From Octopus vulgaris (taxonomy: Eukaryota), in contig OX597814.1 of the NCBI GenBank assembly GCA_951406725.2, forward strand, positions 116,250,001 through 116,314,000: a stretch of DNA of 64,000 nucleotides, given 5' to 3'. This document shows positions 56,090-64,000 of the stretch, one piece after another (the first letter of the stretch is position 1; every line of letters starts with the position of its first letter). A program made the position numbers and the translations under genes. The notes under the pieces were generated by a model. The model did not search any database and was not told where the DNA came from. It saw nothing but the letters and a program-made list of their open reading frames with translations.

Positions 56090-56322
56090 CTTACTCTTTA
56101 CTCTTTTACTCTTTTAGTTGTTTCAGTCATTTGACTGTGGCCTTTAGTCGAGCAAATCGACTCCCGGACATATTCTTTAGAAGCCTAGTACTTATTCTGT
56201 CGGTCACTTTTGCCGAACCGCTATGTTACTTCGACGTAAACACACCAGCATCGGTTGCCAAGCGATGTTGGGGGGACAAACACAGACACTCAAACATATA
56301 CACACACACACGCACACACACA

Positions 56323-56376
<54 letters not shown>

Positions 56377-56545
56377 CATATATACGACGGGCTTCTTTCA
56401 GTTTCCGTCTACCAAATCCACTCACAAAGCTTTGGTCGGCCCGAGGCCATAGTAGAAGACATTTGCCCAAGTTATCACGCAGTAGGACTGAACCCGGAAC
56501 CATGTAGTTCGTAAGAAAGCTACTTACCACACAGTCACTCCTACT
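56090..56545 (-). mobile_element. SINE family C, near full length
   Basis: Homologous to 3260-3916; internal (CA)n(TA)n. Confidence 0.85.
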
Positions 56546-56639
56546 CCTTCTGGAGCTTTAGTTGATAAAAATTGAAAGACTTGTAAAAATTGAAAGACGT
56601 TCAAATCTCTTCACACAATAAACGTTATTACGACTACGA

Positions 56640-57340
56640 AATCGCTTAAATCGGCCCAAATGACATTTCCAAGCCTCCATCCATCCATACAAGCATACAT
56701 AGAAAGAAAATGTACAGCGATGCAGGGAAAGCAGCAGAATGTGGCAACTGATGCAGGCTTTGTGGAGTCAACACCGAAGATCACAAGCAGTTGTTCGAAA
56801 ATGTCATCACTGTATTATCTACCGATGAGACATATAAGCTAGCACACTGTATAATTCGATCCGTCGGAAGGATAATCTCGAGGACAAAGAAATAAGAACT
56901 CACACTATGGTAAAAGCCATAGCAACTCATAATGAAAATGAGGACTGATGGAATGTCCTGGTGAAAACCTCAGCAAAATGTAGACACATTAGTCTTGATT
57001 TAATGATTTCAGTTAGAGAAGAGAAACTGTGTACAGTTGTGGAACTCAGCTGTCCAGGGGATGTTAAGATAAGGTGAAAAACAGAATACCTACGCTGAAC
57101 TATTGAGATATATGCAGTTACTCTATCCAGATTACAAGGTCAGGTTTATATCTGTAATTATTGCGGCACTGGGATATGTAACACTGCCTAAATACCAATC
57201 TTGAGAAATTAGGCTTCTCAAAATCAGAAAAGAGGAAGTTGACTCGAAGACTACAGATCCAATCTATCACTGGACTTGTAAAATCTGTGAAACTTTCCAG
57301 AAGTTTATCAATTAAGTATATTTGACCATGTCTAGATATT
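56640..57340 (+). pseudogene. R4/Dong-like LINE 3' region (zinc knuckle and endonuclease)
   Basis: CRLCGVNTEDH..SSCSKMSSLYYLPMRH; EEKLCTVVELSCP; homologous to 11700-11990 minus. Confidence 0.8.
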
Positions 57341-57689
57341 GAAGTATATGCATGAAAACACATGCGTAAAACAAAACATACAAATCTGCACGTATACATA
57401 CATAAGTACGTACATACATACATACATATATGTACACACACACACATATACACACACAAACACACACACGCACACACATATATATATATATATACATATA
57501 CATATTATATACATACATATATATATGTATATACACACATATATATATACATATACATATACATGCATACATACACACACATACACACATATGCATACAC
57601 ACACATGCATATATATACATACATACATACAGACATACATACATACATACATACATACATACACAGACATATATACATATATATATATA

Positions 57690-57737
<48 letters not shown>

Positions 57738-57744
57738 TGTGTGT

Positions 57745-57945
57745 GTGTCTGTGTTTGTCCCCCGCCACCGCTTGACAATCAGTATTGGTGTGTTTAAGTA
57801 CCGGTAACGTAGTGGTTCAGCAAAAGAAACGATAGAATAAGTACTAGATTTACAAAGAATAAGTCTTGGGGGTTGATTTCTTCGACTACAAAAAACACTT
57901 TAAGGCGGTGCTCCTGCATGGCCGCCGTCAAATGACTGAAACTAG
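57745..57945 (+). mobile_element. SINE family C 3' half
   Basis: tgtgtttgtccccc..gatagaataagtactag..ggcggtgctcc.gcatggccgc. Confidence 0.75.
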
Positions 57946-58906
57946 TAAATCTAGTAATGTCTTTCATTTGGAATATTTCGCAATTTTTATATGTTTCACC
58001 TCGTGTCATAGGATGAGACTGCATGAGCTTAAACCAGATTTAAGGCTTTGCAAACCTTCTCTTTTGCTTTCAAGATATGCAGTTAAGGAGAGGTATCTCA
58101 CATGACTTCCTTGCATTAGCTTCGATTATATTTTGCTATGATTTTCTATTAGAAAATCTTCATGGAAATCTGCGAAATTAGAATATAACATTGTTATTTT
58201 TGTCATATTCCACAGAGCTACTGAAGCGTCACTATTCGTGAATTGAAATAAAGGGCTCGTATGATGTTGTTGAAGTAGATACCTGCATCTATAATCACGG
58301 AGGCAAAGAAATAATATCTCGACTATCACGTTTCCCTGCTACAAATTGCGGTTGAAATTTCTTTAATCGCATTCGTTGTATTAAAATGAAAAAAATACAT
58401 TGAGTAAAATAGTTTTACATGTCCTTTCTGCAATATGACGGAATTGTTGTTGGAAAGGCTGTGGGCATAGATTTTCTGGATACGGCTGGTATGCGATGTA
58501 AGTGCAAGAATCTGTTATATATTTGAATACGGTAGAGTGCCACAAACATATTACAGTAAGTTTCAAAAAAGGAAGAGGATTAACTGAGAGGAACCATACC
58601 ATTCGTAGGCAGATACATAAAATCTAAAAGCAATCATAGAAGGAATCTCCATTAAGCATAACCGATTCAGTATCTCGAAAGTAGAGGATATTAACTATGG
58701 GAGTGGATCTGGTAATTAGAGCCAACTAGTGAAATTAATGGACGTGTTTCAGACTTTTTATACCTCTTCACTTCAGTGGGACATATTCTACGTGGCTGGT
58801 AAGGCATGGTTCCGGGTTCAGTCCCACTGCATGGTACCTACTATATTATCGGGCCGACCAAAACCTTGCGAGTGGATTTGGTAGACAGAACGTGTAAGAA
58901 GCCCGT

Positions 58907-58987
<81 letters not shown>

Positions 58988-59133
58988 AAATAGAAAGATG
59001 AATTTTCTTGTTACAGATTATTCAAAAGTTTAACCGATACCTGGGTAGCAAAAATCACAGCAGAAAAAAGCACGGTTGGAGATAAGACCATTTGGTGTTG
59101 CAACCGTGCGTTGGTGCGGATAATTGAAGTTTA

Positions 59134-59491
59134 ATATTATTAGTGAATGGAAGAAATGGAGTTGAACGAAGATTGTACAGAATTCCTTTTATTACATTCT
59201 ACACATGTTTCAAAGGCCACAAATTTCCAAATTCTTATTAAATAAGGGTAACATATTGTTCAGCCATGGGCTCTTAAGGAGCGTCCTCGTTCGAATTGCG
59301 TTGCTGCGCCTCTGTTTTGTTTTGTTCTGTCAACGGAATTCCTGTTTTTTCCTGAAGAGAAAGCCACAATACGGTACCCTTATTTAATAAGAATTTGGAA
59401 ATTTGTGGCCTTTGAAACATGTGTAGAATGTAATAAAAGGAATTCTGTACAATCTTCGTTCAACTCCATTTCTTCCATTCACTAATAATAT
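59134..59491. mobile_element. Element with apparently perfect 117-bp inverted repeats and a hammerhead overlapping the right arm
   Basis: 59134-59250 is the reverse complement of 59375-59491; ttc-CTGAAGA(59352)-gccacaa/ttgtggc-GAAAC ATGT GTA-gaa, AATAAA at 59432. Confidence 0.85.
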
Positions 59492-59511
59492 ATATATATA
59501 TATATATATTT

Positions 59512-59659
59512 ACAACTATAAGAGAGAATCCACATAGTGGATTCTCTCTTATAGTTGTGTATTAATAATATTTACTGAATCTCAGTCTTTTATACGCTAG
59601 GCCACTTGGTGTTTAAATTGGTGTTATTAAATTAATATCCAATTTTTTCTTATTTTGTC

Positions 59660-59665
<6 letters not shown>
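59512..59665 (-). other. (TA)n-flanked motif-plus-hairpin cassette (perfect 22-bp stem, 59512-59558)
   Basis: Minus strand ggata..agtggcctagcgtataaaa, then acaactataagagagaatccac-3 nt loop-gtggattctctcttatagttgt. Confidence 0.85.
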
Positions 59666-59700
<35 letters not shown>

Positions 59701-59704
<4 letters not shown>

Positions 59705-59881
59705 AGAGTTTACGAAAAATAAACAAAAGACGGAGAGAGGTGGTGTGCAAAACAAACAGATGTATTAGTATAACGCTTAGGAATAGAAAAAGTTTTTAAC
59801 GTTTCGAGCCTACGCTCTTCTACAGAAAGGGACACAGAAAAAACAAGGAGAGAAAAAAATGTGTGTAGTGGCTAATGATCT

Positions 59882-59885
<4 letters not shown>
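59701..59885 (-). mobile_element. Short (TA)n-flanked HHR-motif element
   Basis: Homologous to 10180-10354; ttt-CTGTAGA-a-GAGC gtag GCTC-GAAACGT-T-aaa. Confidence 0.7.
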
Positions 59886-59925
<40 letters not shown>

Positions 59926-59938
59926 TAGATAGATATAG

Positions 59939-60647
59939 ATATACGTATAGATGTAAGTATATACATACATATATATTATTTCTTTTATTATATAATTGAA
60001 CGCCACGTATCCTCTTCCATGTAAGTTTTATCTTAATAATTATGATGCGCACTCTATACGATCTTTTTACTGTTTCGTTTTTCTCTCTTTCTCTCTCTTA
60101 TTCGTTTACCTCCTCTTCTCCCACTATTGTATCCTATAACTCTGTCACTCTCTCTCCCTCTCTCCTCCTCCCTTGCTCACGTGGCGCACACGTGACCATC
60201 GGCATTCTTTCTTTCTTCTCCTAACTTGTGTTTCTTCCTCACCATTGAAGCTGGAACATGGGAGACGTATTCTTTTCTGTCTCCCGTCCGAGCTTGATTT
60301 ACGTGTTAGCCACCACAACCTCGTTTAGGCTTACCAGCCCTTCTTTGTTTTCACTGTCCTGTTTGAGTTACCAATTTTGACCCTCCGCAAAATCCCAAAT
60401 TTTATTAAACTTGCATTGCAGGAGCAACTATTTTATATTGCTGTTAAATGCTCGAAATACAAGAGTAGAAAAGCAGCCAACAACTGACGAAGGATCGTTC
60501 TTTATGTTGTTTGTCTTGTTTCCCATTTCTGTCTTTCGTTGTTCGAAAAAATAGTTCATATTCCATCGTACTGTATGGTTTTGTTTGTTCTACACGTTTC
60601 ATGACGTCCTGTGCCCGCATATGCATATATACGTATAGATGTAAGTA
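59939..60647 (+). mobile_element. ~700 bp element bounded by a 21-bp direct repeat
   Basis: atatacgtatagatgtaagta at 59939 and 60627; 5' part matches 2562-2608, 3' part matches 23165-23330. Confidence 0.6.
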
Positions 60648-60936
60648 CATATACGTATGTATATATGCATATATATATATATATATATATATATGAGTAT
60701 GTATCTATGTATTTATATGTGTATCTCTGTGTTTGTCCCCCTGCCATCGCTTCAAAACGATGCTGGTGCGTATATGTCGCCGTAGCTTAGCGGTTCGGCC
60801 AAAGATACCGACAGAATATGTACTAAGGCTTACAACGGATTAGTCCTGGGGTCGATTTCTTTGACTAAAACCCCTTAAGGCAGTACTCCAGTATGGCTGC
60901 AGTCAAAAGACTGAAGCAAATGAATAACACACACAT

Positions 60937-60970
<34 letters not shown>

Positions 60971-61105
60971 GAACGTATACGTGTACATGTGTTTATGTAT
61001 GTATATAACTTTATATGTATATATACTTAGATATATATCTATCTGTCTATCTCTCTGCACACACACACACACACAAGCACACAAACACACACACACACAC
61101 ACACT

Positions 61106-61137
<32 letters not shown>

Positions 61138-61289
61138 ATATTATATCCACTGCATGTTTGGATACTCGTTATGAATAATAGAAATCTGGTTGAGAGAAAA
61201 TATTTCGAAGTATATTATGAGTCTGTATATTTTTCAATGATATCAATGTTTCGAAAGACTATTGTTGCTGCTATCATTGTCACTTTTTT

Positions 61290-62400
61290 CTAATTCCAGC
61301 TCACCCCTTATTGATCAAATCTATGGGTACTGTTTCAAGACAAGTCCTTATCGTCTTTATTTTCTGTTAACGAGTGCCCATTATCTCATGTATTAAATGT
61401 ATCTAACGCTTTATAATGTAGTAGGGTGTGATGTGAAGTGGATATAGTTGTTATTTCTAGCAGGTCATTTCTAACAGCTGAATACAATCTCTCTTTATAG
61501 TTTGGTACATTTCTTAATAAAAGTTTATAGATTTTTTTTAAGATCACAAAATTGAATTTGCTTTTGTGTTGAGACGAATCAATTGTATCGAAGTGTATTT
61601 CGGCCACGGGCCATTTCAGAAACACCACAATTTCTTTTTGCTTACAGTTACATGCAGTAATTGTTACGAAAACATACAACATCTTGATTTATACAGACTA
61701 CAGTGATTTGGTAGTATTAAGATATACTAAAAGTAGTTTACATGGATATAGAAGACAATTAAAAATAATTATTGCTTGGTGGAATACTGCCAGTAATTCT
61801 GATTCGTTGAAGTAAAAACTCCGTAGGATTCTCATCTATTGAAGTTTTTGAACTTGTTGACATTTTTCACTAAGATTTATTCTTGAAGAAAAGAATCAAG
61901 CGGAATGATGAATAGCAGTACACCCCGTTGTGTGCTTCGGGGTGAGTTAATGGGTAAATAACTAAACAATGGATTGAGAACAATGCTAAGAAAAATCTCG
62001 CTACTGCTACAGTGTAAAAGGAAAATTATATTTTGCTCATGAGAATGTATAAAATGCTGGAATATGGAATACATAAATATAGACTTTTTTTTTGATGCAA
62101 AAGAGAAAGCAAAGTGATCAAAGATCAGAAAGAAAAACTAAAATAAAAGAACACCAAAGCATGAGATTCAAAAGATTCTTGTCTTCAGAAAGGTTAGAGC
62201 AAGATAAATCAACTTTATAAAGTGAAATAAAAATAGTAGAAGAAACCTATAAAGTGCAAGAGTGATTGATAAAGATTGAACTGATGTGTTATATGGGTGA
62301 TCAATAAATAGATCACGCCACACAGAAGAACAGTAATAAAGGATTTCTTTAGACCAATAATCATAGTAATAGTTAGATAGAATAGGCAAAGAATTGCAAG
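61290..62400 (-). pseudogene. Possible very old PLE polyprotein remnant
   Basis: Minus-strand SNLSEDKNL, CNCKQK and LINKG occur in the order expected for PLE thumb, linker and endonuclease end; weak similarity. Confidence 0.3.
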
Positions 62401-62902
62401 ATATATCGCGTTATTGATCGAAATGAAGTGATTGCCAAGCGCACAATCTTTGTTCAACCTTCCAATGGATTTTCATTATAACTTTCAAAGATCTATGAAG
62501 AAATATTTCATGGAAACCACGAGAATAGTGCATAACATTCTGTTCAGTTTTCTGCAGTTGTTGGGAGTGGTTGAAAACCTGTCTAGAATTTAAAAAAATG
62601 TAGAATAAAAAAAAATCCTTATAGATTGCATTCAACTAGAATAAGGATGAGAAAATAAATGGAATGGTGGGGGTAAAAGCGTAACGATAGGTGTAGGCAA
62701 GAGTGAAATTAAAGGTTGTGAACAGAAAGTATAAATAAAAATCATTGATCAAATATCAATTTTAATACTCGACCGTAATGGGAGTCACTGAACTAGAGCT
62801 GAGTAAATGGAAAATCAAACAGCATTGCCTTATTTCATCCTTCTATTATCTGCAAGATATACATCATGTGCCTTCTAGAAAAAATATATAGTATTAATAT
62901 TA

Positions 62903-63103
62903 GTTTCAAATTTTGGCACAAAGCCATCAATTTCATAGGGGGTGGTGTCGATATAATTGACCCCAGTGTTCAACTGGTACTTGGTTTATTGACTCCGAAA
63001 GTATGAAAGGCAAGGTCGACCTCGGCACGATTTGAACGAAATGAAGGACAAACTGCCGCTAAGCATTTTTCCCGGCATGATAACGATTCTGCCAGCTCGC
63101 TGC
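62903..63103 (-). mobile_element. SINE family A, degraded
   Basis: atgaaaggcaaggtcgacctcggc..tctgccagctcgc. Confidence 0.8.
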
Positions 63104-64000
63104 CCTACTAATTTGAATATCGGAACTGCTTTTGAAGTAAATAATAGACATTTTTTGTAGTACTGTCTCTCGATCTATGTATCTACACTTATACATTGCT
63201 ATTTCCGTCTCTCTTACAGCATTGATCGGCTTTCTTTTAAACTCCCTAATATAATTATCATCTAGCCTATTTGCTTTCCCGTCTTTATGTTTGCAATTTA
63301 CGATGTCTCTGTTGCTTTAAATAGTCATTTTGTGTGTGTGTGTGACTGCCTGTCTGTCTGTCTGTCTGTTGTATTAACATAATTAATATAGAGCGTGAGA
63401 GTTAGACACTATTCCAGGTCGGTTAGTATATTGGGATCACTGTGTCACTTCACACGCTGTTAGAGATTCACCTGCTATTTGTCGGATGGGAATTTGGGGT
63501 TTCATGTATTTTATTTACATTTTGACACAATTAGAAAGTCTGTTAAATCGGCCACAGTATATAGCTTGTAATTGAATGTATCAAGTGAGCAAGGAAGACG
63601 GAAAGCAAATTGGACATGGGTGGTATTTAAACTCGAAATGGTAAAATCGGGAACAAATAAAGCAATGTATATTGTACAAAGTCTTAAAGGTCCTGTAAAT
63701 ACCACGCACTCATAGCGAGTTGGTGTGAGAAGGAAAAAGGCCCAGAGAGAAAAAAATATTTGGAGAAGCTAAAAGGTGATGAAATATCTACAAAATGCTA
63801 ATGTAATAAAAGCAAAAAATAGAAAAAATTAGAAAAAAATCGAAACAGCAAAAGCAGAAGGGATTTGTAAAAAGAAGAAAGTGATCAACAGTGAAACAGA
63901 GAGGAAAGAAGAGGAAAATAAATCTAAAAAAAAAACTATTTGGGTATAAACAAAACAATAGAATATTCTTTAAAAATAAGCTGTAAGAGTTTGTAGACAA

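Larger units (their letters stand above)
58790..60920 (+). mobile_element. SINE family C split by ~1.8 kb of nested insertions (head 58790-58908, tail 60720-60920)
   Basis: Head catggttccgggttcagtcccactgc..aagaagcccgtc and tail tgtgtttgtccccc..atggctgcagtcaaa in the same orientation. Confidence 0.65.

Overview
AT-rich, microsatellite-saturated eukaryotic genomic DNA. The SINE families and repeat content resemble an octopod cephalopod, which is an inference from recalled repeat types. No intact host gene is recognisable, and nearly all ORFs in the track are translations of simple repeats. The window holds three SINE families, decayed R4/Dong-like and RTE-like LINE fragments, a TIR MITE and a Helentron-type non-autonomous element. 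It also holds a 100-N gap between two near-identical ~4.8 kb copies. The most notable content: (1) Penelope-like element (PLE) pieces with GIY-YIG remnants, including a ~7 kb head-to-head palindrome; (2) about a dozen type-I hammerhead-ribozyme (HHR) motifs in short units landing in (TA)n tracts, including U3-A8 core variants and one at the tip of a ~245 nt rod-like hairpin; (3) a family of (TA)n-flanked cassettes with a conserved AGTGGC..TATAAAA motif ~35 nt upstream of long hairpins of unrelated sequence. All folds and alignments were done by eye and repeat boundaries are approximate.
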